This document shows, in pieces, positions 1 through 13,500 of a DNA stretch of 64,000 bases. This DNA is from Asterias rubens (lineage: Eukaryota). The notes beneath the pieces are model-generated. The model did no database searches. It was given only the letters and a program-made list of their open reading frames with translations, and was not told the DNA's origin. A program made the position numbers and the translations under genes. Location: contig NC_047082.1 in the NCBI RefSeq assembly GCF_902459465.1, forward strand, positions 5,580,001 through 5,644,000. Direction: 5' to 3'. Position 1 is the first letter of the stretch. The number at the start of each line of letters is the position of its first letter.

Positions 1-503
1 TTGTTCAATTCTGGTCATACATACATCTGAATAGTTGTGAATTGATTGTATTTTGAAATGGTGATGGCATGAATATACATGTAACAGTTACAAAAAGAAA
101 TAAATGGATATAAGTGCTTTTAGGAAATACATTAAATTACCTGTTGATCAAAGTCCAAATATTCCATAGATCTTTAGAATAATAATGCATTATCTAAAGA
201 TGTTAAATGTTTGACATGATTACACACATATATTTGTTTATTTTACTGTAGTTTTTTAAGTAACTAAATCTGTCACCCAAAGTCACAATGGTGCTTCCTT
301 GAACCAGTTAACTTTCAGTGTATTTTACAGAACAAAAGGATGCATCAAAGACGTTGCAAAAGGGACTCTTGGGGTGAAGTTATTACGGCTATTTTCTTTA
401 CTAAATAGCTTGTTCTACTAAATCTTACTAAATCTTTACTACTTTCATCACTGAGCCACCCTTAACAATTTGGTAACATGAAATAACTAAACAAAACTAA
501 CAG

Positions 504-892
504 TTAAAGACACTGGACACTTTTGGTAATTATCAAAGACCAGTCTTTTCACTTGGTGTATCTCGTCATATCCATAAAATAACAAACCTGTGAAAATTTG
601 AGCTCAATTGGTTGTTGAAGTTGCGAAATAGTAATGAAAGGAAAAACACCCTTTTCACTTGAGGTTTTGTGCTTTTAGACGCTTGATTTCTAGACCTCAA
701 AATCTATATTTGTGGTCTCGGAATCAAATTGGTGGAAATTTACTTCTTTCTTGAAAACTACGTTAATTCAGAGGGAGCCGTTTCTAACAATGTTTTTTTT
801 TTACTGTCAACAGCTCCCCATTACTCGATACCAAGTAAGGTTTTATGCTAATAATTAATTTGAGTAATTACCAACAGTGTCCACTGCCTTAA
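504..892. mobile_element. TTAA-flanked MITE family A (Kolobok-like), full copy
   Basis: Termini TTAAAGACACTGGACAC and GTGTCCACTGCCTTAA. Related copies or fragments at about 2669-2850, 20272-20502, 21182-21440, 30070-30850, 43592-43968, 52744-53100, 55875-55930 and 61197-61300. Confidence 0.8.
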
Positions 893-980
893 TAGAGCAT
901 CATGTTTGTAAAGAAAATAAGACTAGTTCGGATAATTATTCTGATTGATTTGTAACATACTCACTTCTATGTGTCAATAG

Positions 981-2651
981 GGAGATGAGGAAAAGGCCCA
1001 AGGGAGAAATCCTATTCCGATGATGGATCGAGAGAAAGCACACCAACTGCCAACAAATCAGGTAAATAACCAATTGAGTACTAGATATCCACCACTATCC
1101 TGTGAGTAGCCCCAATCATCAAGGTTGATCACTACCTGGAGTACTAAGTATCCACCACTATCCTGGTAGTAACCCAATCATCTAGGTTGGTATCCTGGAG
1201 TATCCACCACTATCCTTTTATCAACCCCAATATCATCAACTATCCACAAATCCACAATTTTTTTCAGGAGGAAATGCAATGATGTAGTGTGTGCAGCAAT
1301 TTTGAAAATGATGATTTGATTGTATTAACTCATTTTATTTTCTGTGTTTACATTTCAAGGTATCTTTTATTGTTGGTATCTGCCTTCCGTGTTATGATCT
1401 GTTAAGTGCACTCCTTCCAAGTGCAAAACCAATGTATGATGGAGCAGCGTAAGTCTACACTTTCTTGAAATTTGTAAAGTCATGTACACGGATAACTAAT
1501 ATGAATAGCCATAGTCAGGAATATAATTTGAATTGCATAGCAAGACATCCCAACAACTCAATTATCAATTTGTAAGCTAAATTGACAGCCATTCTAGGAT
1601 AAACAGATAATCATGACATCATTTCCCTGTAACAACTGGAGACTCAGAATGTCGTGTCTGATAATTTGTTTTTTATTACAACACTACGAGTCTGAACAAT
1701 ATGGTGTTCTGTATAGATGGTTGCTGTTCAATAGTGACGTAAATTAGCAGGTTTGATTGGCATATAAACAACACCATTATTCATCTCTTTAAATGATTTG
1801 GTGAAGAGTTTTTACAGATAAGTTTTCTTCTACTGAAAACTACTATGTTGGTTTATCTGTTATTTTTGCCTCTTTCTGATGAAGTACATGTATTCTTACA
1901 TGCACATAGCTGTGGCTCAACAAGAATTTACTTATCAGGCGGTCAGACTGTTTTGTCTGTAGGGTTTATGTGGGAATTGGTTTGTAGGTTAGACTGGGTT
2001 ACTTAAGACACAACAGAAACCCCAAGTACATGTTGCATACATATATAGTTTGTGCAAGATTATTGATATTCTCTGTACGTAAATTTAAATGACAATGGTC
2101 CTTTCAATAATTGCTACAACAACTGTTGAGGATTTACCCAAATTAAATGTTCTGTTTCCATGCTATAACGACTGCATATTTGAATACAATCATAATTGCA
2201 CATACATGTACATGACTTGTGGGGAATAAGCTGCACGAAGAAGCGGAACAAAGTTTTCTGACACTTGTGCTTTCCTGGAATTTTATCTAAGTGTGTGAAC
2301 AATATTAATATGTGTGTTAACAAAAATTACTTAAAATTACTCAATTACAGGAGGAATTTACAGAATTGGTCAGCCATTGTTGCAAAACAAAAAGCAGAGG
2401 AGGAACAGAGTTTACTGAAAGAAGAGAGTGAGAAGGTGGAGGTTGACGCTCGGGTTCCTAAGACATCACCAAGTACATCTTCATCGATGGAAAATAAATC
2501 TAACACTAACAAAGAAATGATTCAAAGCAAAGATACTCAAGGAAGAGGTCGAGCACACAGTGACAGCAGCACAGCCAGAAAGAAGCAAGATAATAAATCA
2601 ATGGATGGTGTTAAACATGGAGTTGATGTCAGTAGGAAAGATGAAAAGTGA
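981..2651 (+). CDS. 3' end of a class I cyclic-nucleotide phosphodiesterase (PDE10-related catalytic domain C-terminus); exons 981-1061, 1360-1448, 2351-2651
   Basis: AG/GT-bounded exons with phases 0/0, 0/2 and 2/stop splice to GDEEKAQGRNPIPMMDRREAHQLPTNQVSFIVGICLPCYDLLSALLPSAKPMYDGAARNLQNW. This matches the PDEase_I motif GD.EK..G..P.PMMDR...Q..FI..IC.PCY, including the invariant purine-binding Gln. Upstream exons lie outside the window. Subfamily is from memory only. Confidence 0.9.
1080..1245. repeat. Short intronic tandem repeat (about 3 degenerate copies containing TATCCACCACTATCC)
   Basis: The motif recurs three times in the PDE intron. Confidence 0.6.
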
Positions 2652-4044
2652 TATGGTTAACTAAGCAGTTAAAGACTCTGGACACCTTTGGTAATTGTCA
2701 AAGATCAGTCTTCTCACTTGGTGTACATGTATCTCAACATACATGTATGTACACAATGACAAACCTGTAAAAGTTTGAACTCAATTGGGCGTCAAAGTTG
2801 TGAGGATTAATGGAAAAAAAATACCCTTGTCTCACAATAATGTGTGTTTTCTAGAGTGCATTGAAGGGATTGCAGAAAAGATAACTGCATTTTGTAACAT
2901 TTGTAAGTCAACAGAGGTATCAGGTGTACAAAGGTGTACAAAGTAAATTGCACTTCCCTATGGGAACTATAATGAACAGTGCAATTATATAAAAAAAATG
3001 CTGCAATCTTTTTATGCAGACTTGCAAAAGTTAGTGTATTTGGTCAAAGTGATTCTAACAATCCACAACAGAACGCAATACCAATTTTGTTTTTAGTATG
3101 AAGACACCATCATTCCAGACCACATGCCCATACAACTTAACCTGTGGTTTGGCGTTTTGCTGCATTTTATTATAACCTTGCTAGAAATGTTAACCACTTC
3201 CTGTTGGATGGCACGTTTGTCTTCAAATCTCTTTTGGACAGATTTATAGCGGACAATTTATAACACCTGGAACAACTTCGCTGACGGCTGCCTGAGTGTT
3301 GACGTTTATATTCACTCGAATGTTTAAGTGTGTAGCGTTATGAAGCAGGCTACTATACTGTGATACACTAGTTTCACCCGTACAAATAGCAACAACTTAC
3401 TTAGGAAACAGAGGTTTGCATCTAATTTAAGAAATCCAATATTTTAGAGTGAAAGTTTATCTGTGTTGGTAGTTAGATTCAATTACATGTAGGTAAACTT
3501 TTGATCACAACACTGAAAATTGTTCTCATACCTGAAATTTTCAAACGACAATTCGTCTTCATCAGCAGGATGACGCGGATGTTGAACCTGTGACCTTGCG
3601 TACGCGTGATTCCAAGACCGTGTCAGACTCCTGGGAGTTTGTATTGTGATCAAAATGTTGACCTGAATTACATCCAATATTTGTTACACATGGGAAAACT
3701 CAGACTGTTTTAGGAATACGGACAATACACCGATCCATAAGGCTCTGCCCATGGCACACGTGTGAGCAAGAACATGTTCGCCTCTCCAATGTCATTCTGC
3801 ACAACTCTGCCGCGCGCACCAAGCATACGCGCACACATGTCGGACCTTCTTTGCGTTGTGATTGGTCGATATGCAATGGGGCAGAGCTTAATGGATCGGT
3901 CTATTGGACAAGCAAGAACTGCTGATGCTTGAAAGCTTTATTGTGAATATATTTTCCCATTGATGAAAATTAATACCCCATCAAAATCTACCGCTGGTTC
4001 AGATACAATTGTGAACATTTGGATACCTCTTATGTGTTGGAATG

Positions 4045-4390
4045 CATCTATTATGCTGGAGCATACATGTACATGTACATGTACATGTGTACATGTACAT
4101 GTACATGACACATGTACTTGATCTATTATGCTGGAGCATACATGTACATGTACATGTGTACATGTACTTGATCTATTATGCTGGAGCATACATGTACATG
4201 TACACATGTACTTGATCTATTATGCTGGAGCATGCATGTACATGTACACATGTACTTGATCTATTATGCTGGAGCATACATGTACATGTACACATGTACT
4301 TGATCTATTATGCTGGAGCATACATGTACATGTACACATGTACTTGATCTATTATGCTGGAGCATACATGTACATGTGTACATGTACAAT
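4045..4390. repeat. Minisatellite TCTATTATGCTGGAGCA plus a variable (TACATG)n tract
   Basis: About 8 units seen directly, with unit length varying with the hexamer number. Confidence 0.9.
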
Positions 4391-4856
4391 ACCAACAAAG
4401 ACAATGAGAAATATTAACAGATACAATTTTGGTTGTTCATTAAAAACGTGATTGAATTGGTTTGCCTGGTCTTTCAATCTCAATCTTGAATGAGCAAGGC
4501 AATAATTTGAATGAAAACTTTGAAATTTATTTAATTCTGAATCTAAACTGCCAACAGTAATAACTGTAATACCTTGGAATAGTATTTGAAATTAAACTAA
4601 TTTTTGATAGGGATTTGGCAATGCTCAGCTTTTAATAGTTCTGTAGTGTCTTGGAATATACATGGGGAGATATTGATAATGGACCAAACAAATAATACCT
4701 GGCAATAAATATTTTTTGTTTTACCACATACATGTACACTGAAGGCAATGGCCACAAAGTAATAATCAACTATGATAGAATGCTTGCCAAGTTGAAAAGA
4801 AAATAATCAATTTTCGAAAGTGAATCAGAGTGTCAGTTACATACCAATGACAAGAG

Positions 4857-6090
4857 TATCAGTCAATCATGATTGGTTTGCAATGTCCAGTGAAATAGCA
4901 CTCAAGGGTATCAGTCAATCATGATTGGTTGGCAATGTCCAGTGAAATAGCACTTAAGGGTATCAGTCAATCATGATTGGTTGGCAATGTCCAGTGAAAT
5001 AGCACTCAAGGGTATTAGTCAATCATGATTGGTTGGCAATGTCCAGTGAAATAGTACTCAAGGGTATCAGTGAATCATGATTGGTTGGCAATGTCCAGTG
5101 AAATAGCACTCAAGGGTATTAGTCAATCATGATTGGTTGGCAATGTCCAGTGAAATAGTACTCAAGGGTATCAGTGAATCATGATTGGTTGGCATAGTCC
5201 AGTGAAATAGCACTCAAGGGTATCAGTCAATCATGATTGGTTAGCAATGTCCAGTGAAATAGCACTCAAGGGTATCAGTCAATCATGATTGGTTGGCAAT
5301 GTCCAGTGAAATAGCACTCAAGGGTATCAGTCAATCATGATTGGTTTGCAATGTCCAGTGAAATAGCACTCAAGGGTATCGGTCAATCATGATTGGTTGG
5401 CAATGTCCAGTGAAATAGCACTCAAGCGTATCAGTCAATCATGATTGGTTTGCAATGTCCAGTGAAATAGCACTCAAGCATATCAGTCAATCATGATTGG
5501 TTGGCAATGTCCAGTGAAATAGCACTCAAGGGTATCGGTCAATCATGATTGGTTTGCAATGTCCAGTGAAATAGCACTCAAGGTTATCAGTCAATCATGA
5601 TTGGTTGGCAATGTCCAGTGAAATAGCACTCAAGGGTATCAGTCAATCATGATTGGTTAGCAATGTCCAGTGAAATAGCACTCAAGCGTATCAGTCAATC
5701 ATGATTGGTTGGCAATGTCCAGTGAAATAGCACTCAAGGGTATCAGTCAATCATGATTGGTTGGCAATGTCCAGTGAAATAGCACTCAAGGGTATCAGTC
5801 AATCATGATTGGTTGGCAATGTCCAGTGAAATAGCACTCAAGCGTATTAGTCAATCATGATTGGTTGGCAATGTCCAGTGAAATAGTACTCAAGGGTATC
5901 AGTGAATCATGATTGGTTGGCAATGTCCAGTGAAATAGCACTCAAGGGTATCAGTCAATCATGATTGGTTGGCAATGTCCAGTGAAATAGCACTCAAGGG
6001 TATCAGTCAATCATGATTGGTTGGCAATGTCCAGTGAAATAGCACTCAAGCGTATCAGTCAATCATGATTGGTTGGCAATGTCCAGTGAA
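4857..6090. repeat. 52-bp tandem satellite, about 23-24 copies
   Basis: Unit TATCAGTCAATCATGATTGGTTGGCAATGTCCAGTGAAATAGCACTCAAGGG, with near-identical copies and no spacers. Confidence 0.97.
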
Positions 6091-6410
6091 AAAGCTGGCC
6101 TCTAAAAGGATTTGATCCAGTCAAATAAACCAAATGGTAAATTAATGATACCATGATAGTATATTGTTAATTTTAGTCAACAGCATACTTGTAATTCTTC
6201 CAAAGTTATAAATATTGTACTGCTAAAATAGCTGCATGGTGTATAGTCTTTACTCTATTTGTTACAGATGCATGAGCAATAAAATTGTTGTGTGGTGATA
6301 TGAAACATTGGGAAGTAAGTTATTTATTTGTAATCATACATGTACATTGAATTTTAATAATCTAAATGGTTATTTTGTCTTTGTAGCAGTGCACATGGAT
6401 ATCTGGCTAC

Positions 6411-6769
6411 TTAAAGGAACGCGTTGCCTTGGATCGGACATGTTGGTCTGTAAAAAGCGATTTAAAACCGCTTGTTATAAAATGCATATGTCTAGAAAGA
6501 TGTTTTAAAATTAGAATATAATGATCCACAAAAGTATCATTCAAAATTTTACGTCTAACACGGTCGGTCATTCATGGGAGTAAAAAAATTTACTCCCACA
6601 AATGGCCGACCGTGTTAGTCGACGAGGTAAACCACGCAATTTCAAGGCATATTTGTGTATACCATTGTATTCTACTTTTACAAAATCTTTCTACCTGTAT
6701 GCATTTTTTTAACAGACGGTTCAGAACCAAAGACCAACTCGACCGATCCAAGGCAACGTGTTCCTTTAA
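6411..6769. mobile_element. TTAA-flanked MITE family B (Kolobok-like)
   Basis: TIR TTAAAGGAACGCGTTGCCTTGGATCG / CGATCCAAGGCAACGTGTTCCTTTAA. A second copy lies at 57905-58277 in the opposite orientation. Confidence 0.85.
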
Positions 6770-8659
6770 GTACTGAACTAAATAGCCAAGTTGCAGGTCA
6801 TTTGATGTACATGTACATCACTGTTTAATTGTCTTTTGTTTAGTCTCAAAACTTGGATGTTGATGCAAACTATCAAAGATGTATACCAGGTTATGTGCAA
6901 TACTATATTTAAGAACCTAAATGCTGAATTTGTTTTTCATCAATAGGCCCTTTGTGGTTCATGTCTGATGACATTGACCAAAGAATACTCATCTTACATT
7001 TAACATGTACCGGTACATGTACAGTGTATGTATTTTAAATTGAATATAACTAAAGGACTGTCAACAGTTCATGTTTGTAGATCTGAATTGCAAATAAATT
7101 ATTGTAGATATCGACAATGTCTCTGGTATAAGTGCATGTTGGTTGTGTACACCTTTTTCATTAGTGTCTTGGATGTCAACAGTCAACCCCAATTCATAGC
7201 TAATCTCCAGTCTATATGCAGAATTCAAGTTCTCAGATCGCAACGCTCGTTTGGTGACTGCAGTTTTTTCCCACACTGGCCCTTCATCAAGCCTCATCAG
7301 CCAGCTATTTAAAAAAAATACTCCAAACCCATTTATTTGTTCAGACTGTAAAACCAATTTTTTAATATGTTTTGTTACTACATGGTTTGCCTTGAGCGTC
7401 ACTACATCATGGAGTTGTGTGAAAGTGCGGCAGTGTAACTGATGTAGGGTAAATAAAGACTGGGTTGTAGAACATGGGGATAAGAGATACAATGTAAAAA
7501 GGGCTCAAGGGATTTATTCTAATAATAGATACCTGATGACATTATAATGACATCATCAAGTTTGTTCTATCCTTATATTTAGGTTAAATCTTGAGTTTTG
7601 CTATAGAAGAGTTCTGAGAAAGTTACAAAGAAGAAGAAACAAAAACAATAAGAACCAAACTTAGGTAATAGGATTTATCCACAATTTATTTTAAAACCTT
7701 GAAATATTTATCTACATTTGATGTTAAATCTAAGTTTTAAATACATATACATGTATTGATACTTTTAATGTGTTCATTTCACATTGCTGCTTATCTTTCC
7801 TTTTCTTCATTCCCATTATGCATTTAGTATCATTTTAAAACCTTTACCGAATTTGCAAGTAATAATTGAAGTAGATGCATGATTCACATGCGTCTCTTAA
7901 TGTACATTATTAATCAAAAGTCTCTATGTAGTAACCAAATAGTTGTTATAGTTTTTAGCTTTTGTATTAGCCATGAAAAGAGGGACTTGGTAACTCTATC
8001 AATATTGCTCAAAAGAAATGTCTGACAAATTTGGTACAGATCAAAATAAGGCTAATTAACGTAATCCATGTTGAAGCATTCAGCAACAGAATCCATTTGA
8101 TACCTAGATGATTTTGTTGAATAAAAATAACGCAGTTGTTTGCCTGCACAAAATGAATGTTATAAGACAAGCGATACAGTACAAGAAGTAAATATTTCAT
8201 TTCATTACTCTTACCTCACATGACTCTCACATATTACTAATGTGGGCTTCCAAACGAGCAGTTTCTTCCCGAACAATTTCACTGAGCAGGAATGTATTTG
8301 ATATTACTATTTTGTTATCAACAAATGATAGGTATAGTCACATTATACAAAACAAAACTTGTTTGCAGATTAATCATTTCTGATGACGAACAATGCACTG
8401 CTGATTTGTCACCATTGTACAATGTATCGTGGTGAATTGCATGGCTTTGCAGTATAGTTTCATGACAATAACTACCGTCACCTGACAACTGTCAATTAGG
8501 GAACATTCTACATGTTGGTCATATTTTGCGCATTCATTTCATTTCATGAGTATTGAAATCACGGTCAAACAAATAAATATTGGCTAGTCCAAGTGCCAAA
8601 AGGGTCAAGACAGTAGATTGTGTTGCAAATACAGACGTTTCTTTATTAAGATGTAATAT

Positions 8660-8910
8660 AATATAATAATATTGTGAGTTTATATAGCGCTTTTTCACTC
8701 CCCAACGGGTGTCTCAAAGCACTTCAAATTATTACCCCTGGTCACTGGGACTTAATTCACTCCTTAAACCATCTCAGCTCCATGGGGAGTATACAGCCTG
8801 TGCAACAAATGCGCTACTCGGCTAAATCAATCACAAGAACCATCTCTGCCCTCACAGGTGCCCATTTACCCCTGGGTGGAGAGAAGCAATTATAGTTAAG
8901 TGTCTTGACT
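8660..8910 (-). mobile_element. SINE fragment with a conserved-core-type (Nin/Deu-like) central domain
   Basis: CCCATTTACCCCTGGGTGGAGAGAAGCAATTATAGTTAAGTGTCTTG resembles the conserved SINE cores of marine invertebrates (from memory). Confidence 0.5.
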
Positions 8911-9258
8911 TTATATCTTATTCAGGAACCCTAGCTACTCAAATCGGTTTTGATAAGTGGACTGCACAATTCTTTTATTAATGATTTATTTCTATTGTTT
9001 TGGTTTATTTTTATTTTATCTTCACCTTCCTTAAAGATGTTAACTTATAAGTACCGTTCATAAGACGCCTCTTCCCTTGCTATTTCTCATTCCAAGTTGG
9101 CTGATGGTAACAAAATCTTCAACAATATAGGCTTGTGCATGGAATTTGTGCCACTATATTTTCAAATTTGGCCACAAAAACTCTGAAAGTATACATCCTT
9201 ATCACTGAGTGGGTGTGTTTACATTGATATACATGTATACTAGGGTCATTAAACTTAA

Positions 9259-9484
9259 GTGTCTCTGCCTGTAAGAATATACCAAAGTAGGAGGGGTGAG
9301 ATTCATGAGTTATCAGATCTTCTAAAAAATAACATACCAAACAAATCAATCCCAAATACTAGTTTGTTGACTCTTTCGGTTTGGGAATTATCAGCCAAAC
9401 AGCCTTTAATTGAGGACAAACACATGTGCCAAGATATTATAAGTGGCTGTCCCCAACTTGGTCCATTCTCACAGGCAGAGACTC
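9259..9484. mobile_element. Internally deleted derivative of the 26415-27737 element
   Basis: TTAA|GTGTCTCTGCCTGTAAGAATATACC...CACAGGCAGAGACTC|TTAA shares termini and left subterminal sequence with the larger copy. Confidence 0.75.
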
Positions 9485-10575
9485 TTAATGAATAAGCAGT
9501 TAAACTGCCTGGCATGCCTGGGGAAGTCAGCAGTCCTACTGGTTTGTGTATGATTAGGTTTAACCTCATAGAGCATGTTATAGCTAACTTCACTGCTAAC
9601 TTTGCTGCTAAATATTCACAGCTGGGCTACGCATGACCAAACAACTTAGCTACAAAGTACCTTGCGATCACACAAGGCATGGTTGCAGTAAGCCAGCCAG
9701 AGTTGGCACGTTAGAAAGTTAAGGCCTATGTATGTAAAACATGCAATGTTCCATATAGTTTTGTTCAAGTTCGCAGCAATTCTACATTGTATTTTAAAGT
9801 TCCGTATTTTTTTCTCAGTTAGCATTGACTGTAGTTTATTTAAATTCCCAGTGATTTTAAATGACAAATGTATTTTGTTTTGCTCTGTTTTTGTCACTGC
9901 GTCGTGTTACAATTTCGTCCCCATACATTAGTGCACGATGTCATAGTACATTGCCTGTGGATGGGAAGGAGGATGAGCACGTGGCCGGCCATAGGATACA
10001 TTTTCAGATCGTACTGATAATTTACAAACATGGGTCGTCAAAGTGGCCGATTTTGTCGCCTTTTGAGTATGATTTAGCTGTCAAAATAAGAAAATGTAAA
10101 AAATGTAAAAAACTTCAATATTTTTGCACAGCAAGTGAGGGAAAATGTCAAGGCCTACGTGCAACACCAGGAGAAAAAATAAACGTCAGCGAAAACATCA
10201 AGCTGAATATTCGAAAAATCATTATGTTTACAGCCTCGTAGCGTCAGTTGCGTTCACACGTGAAAAACACACTTCTAAATTCTTTATATGCGGACAAAGT
10301 ATAAGTTTCGCTGCTTAGTTGAAATTACTTCGAAAATTTCGCTGCTAACTCCAAGTAAGCATTGTAGTTTACTATTTCTTCGCTCACACTGTCAACAAAT
10401 TTTCGCTATTAGCTAGCAGCGAAGATAGCAGTGAAGTTAGCTTCGTGTGAACAAACCCAAAGAAAGTCAAACAGAAACACCAACAGAGCTTCACAAACAT
10501 GGTTATTAGGTAATCATTAATGGTATTAACATGAACATGTCAAAGAATCTAGTTTACTCCAATGTACAATGACAT

Positions 10576-13500
10576 CTATTCCCAGCTTTCCCAATCATCA
10601 AGATCAACTTCCTCGTTGGTATTTCCAGTCTGATGGACTGCTACTTCAAGATCTTCCTCCGATACATCAATGTCATCAAAATCCTTCTCCCAATCGTCAC
10701 TAAGACTTGAACCTGCAGTCAAAAAACAAATGATATCGTCAAATCACACATTTACAATACAGCTAAATCATATAGAACATCATTTTAAATTAGCATTAAC
10801 CTGGAATTCTTTGACTCTGATTGGTCAAAACTCAATCAACATTATCAAGTGAGTTTGTGTTCCATGTGATAAAATATTTGGCCCCTGAACCAGGGTAGAT
10901 TAAGTACAAATGTACAAGTTGTGTGTGTAGTATACATGTAATATGCAGGAAGGCTGTTCCTCAAAAGAACCATTTTTATGAGGGAATAGATAAGCGTCTG
11001 ATCCAGTTTAGACCAAACTTACTTGCACATGTGTGTTCCACAACTCTCATAAGTTAAAATGCATGTTTTGGGGTTTTATTTCGTGTTTTATTATCGCAAG
11101 GCCGGTGCAAACAGATACTCGGTGCCTGCTGTACCCTGAGTACATTGGAAGATTAGTCTCCCCGGATTTTCTGCTCTCCCCGCTTGAGATTCGGAGAATA
11201 GCACAAGACAGGAGAGAATGGGAAAAGCTTGTGTCTGCCTGCTGTGCAGTTGACTGATGATGATGATGATTTCAGTGAGTTTTGTAGTTGCATACACTGT
11301 ACATGTACATGTTTGCACACACGATATCAATTTAAAGTACATGTACATGTAGCTGGTGTGAAGCAACAAAGTACATGTACTTATAAAGTTGGAGACAAAT
11401 TTAACATGCTGTTCATGTTCAACATGTAAATATGGCCATTGCACTTGGATAAAGCGAATGAACAAAATTTGCAAAAGAATAAGTACATAAGTGTTTTTGA
11501 CTGGAAATTATAAGCCTTCAATTTGTTCCATGAACACAGCGCTGGGAAGAAATGGTACCCACATACTATAACTCTCAATATCATAACATGAAATAATGTA
11601 AATGTTCATAAATAGCTTGAATTTGTTACATTGACATCTATGTATAAAATCTTATCAAATGCCCTGGCTATAAATAACCCTTTGGTGCACAAGGCGGTCA
11701 CTAGCGACCACCAAAAACAAGTCAAATTGGACTTTTATAAACGGTCATAACTTAAAAACTATAACCCCAATATATACCGCCTTCATTCGGTTGTGTAGAG
11801 AGACTGTTGAGCTTTAGTTTAGTGTGATGTTCAACAGGGGGTGCTAATGAAAAAAATCAAGAAAAACACAGTTGAACATGTTCTTTTTTTGCTTTAAAAA
11901 CAATTAATCTGTGCACCAAAGGGCCAAGTGCCATACTTGATGACAATATGTACCTTTATTACTTGTTTCTGATACAGTTGGTGAAACCTTATTTGATTGT
12001 TGACTGGTACTTTCTTGGGTTGATACCATCAATGGTTCCTGGGTTGATATCATCAATGGTTCCGTTAAACGTTGATCACATTTTGTAGGATCAGTCTCCA
12101 ATCTACCTTCTTCACCAGCACTAGTATCACATGTTCCATCTAGTTCAGTTTCATCAGCAGCAGTAGATACCAAAGGCATCTGATCTGGCATGTCTGGGGC
12201 TGTTCTCACTTGAATCGGTGTGTCATTAAGGTGTTCAACACTGGTATCAGTCATGATTTGTATCCCCTTCTCTTCACTGTTGAATTGTTTAATTTGATTC
12301 TGATGAATCAATGATGTTTCTGAATCATGACAATGCATAGATTCCTTTTCGCTGTCTTCTTCATCAAGTGGTTTATCAATGTTGGATACTTCTATCACGT
12401 TGTAATCGTCTGCTTTCAATCGTTCACTCGCCCGTTTACTAGTTATTGATGTTTGGATGTTGCTGCTGTGATGATGAAATGAAACTGAAGAGTCATCTGC
12501 AGTGAAAATTATTAAATGATTGATTAGTTACCAAAATCAACACAAGTAACTAAAAAGCAAAGTCCCTAAAATGATATTACAGGTTTGGGTACTTTTTGTA
12601 GGACAAAAAACACAATCTCCACAGATTTACATTAAAACTTACACAGTTTGAAGATAATGATGGTAGAAAGCTTCCCAGATCAGTGATCATGAGACGAAAA
12701 TTATTTTAGCATGTAAAAATGTATTTTCATGACATTGTTTTACTCATTTCTCAAAAACTATACAGCACCTCAATAACTAATATTTTAAGGGAAGCTTTCT
12801 ACCATCGTTACCTTCAAATGGTTTAAGCTGAATGTAAATCTGTGGACATTGTATTTGTGTTACAAAAAGAACCCAAATCCGTTAAGCGTAATTTAAATCA
12901 CTGTAATTGTATCAACGGAATTAGAACACTGTGTTTTATCTTGTCATAAGTTTTACAAGCATACTTGTAAGAAGTAACTATCAATACTAAATAACTTGTA
13001 GTAAACTTGCGGGTACAACCATGTATAATATCTCTTGAGGGAGTGTTGGCTCTGAGAAGAGCCGATTGGGGCTCGATGTTTCCAACAGTATACTCTGCTC
13101 ATCTAAAATCCCAAATTGCGAGTGCTTAGTGTGACGCCATTGGGGTCTAGGGCCCGCTTTAAGGCCCCTGGAACAATTTAAGTCGTAGAATCTCTCTGGT
13201 GCAATCTAAGGCCATTTCAGAGACATTTCATGGACTCATTAAATTCATCTGAAATGATTAAAAAGTAATACCAATAATGAAGTACAAGTGTGTCGACTTG
13301 ATGACGACAACAGAGGTAACTTTTGAATGCTTTTACGTATGACGCTGTTGTGACAGCAAATTGGTAAGCTGCGCTGTGAATGTGTGTCGCAAAAATTGTT
13401 TAGATTGAAAACAATTTAAAATAAATAAAAGAAAAATACACAAGAAGTTCTTCTCACAAATTAAACAAAGAAAAAACATTCATGAGTATTTTTTACAGCG

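Noticed and set aside
4857-6090. Possible CRISPR array (regular palindromic repeats; also 36283-37352 and 32871-33126)
   Set aside because: The units are contiguous with no unique spacers, there are no cas genes, and the context is eukaryotic.
7028-7312. Plus-strand ORF ending ...FFPHWPFIKPHQPAI as a further PDE exon
   Set aside because: The PDE reading frame already ends at 2651, and this peptide has no recognisable homology.
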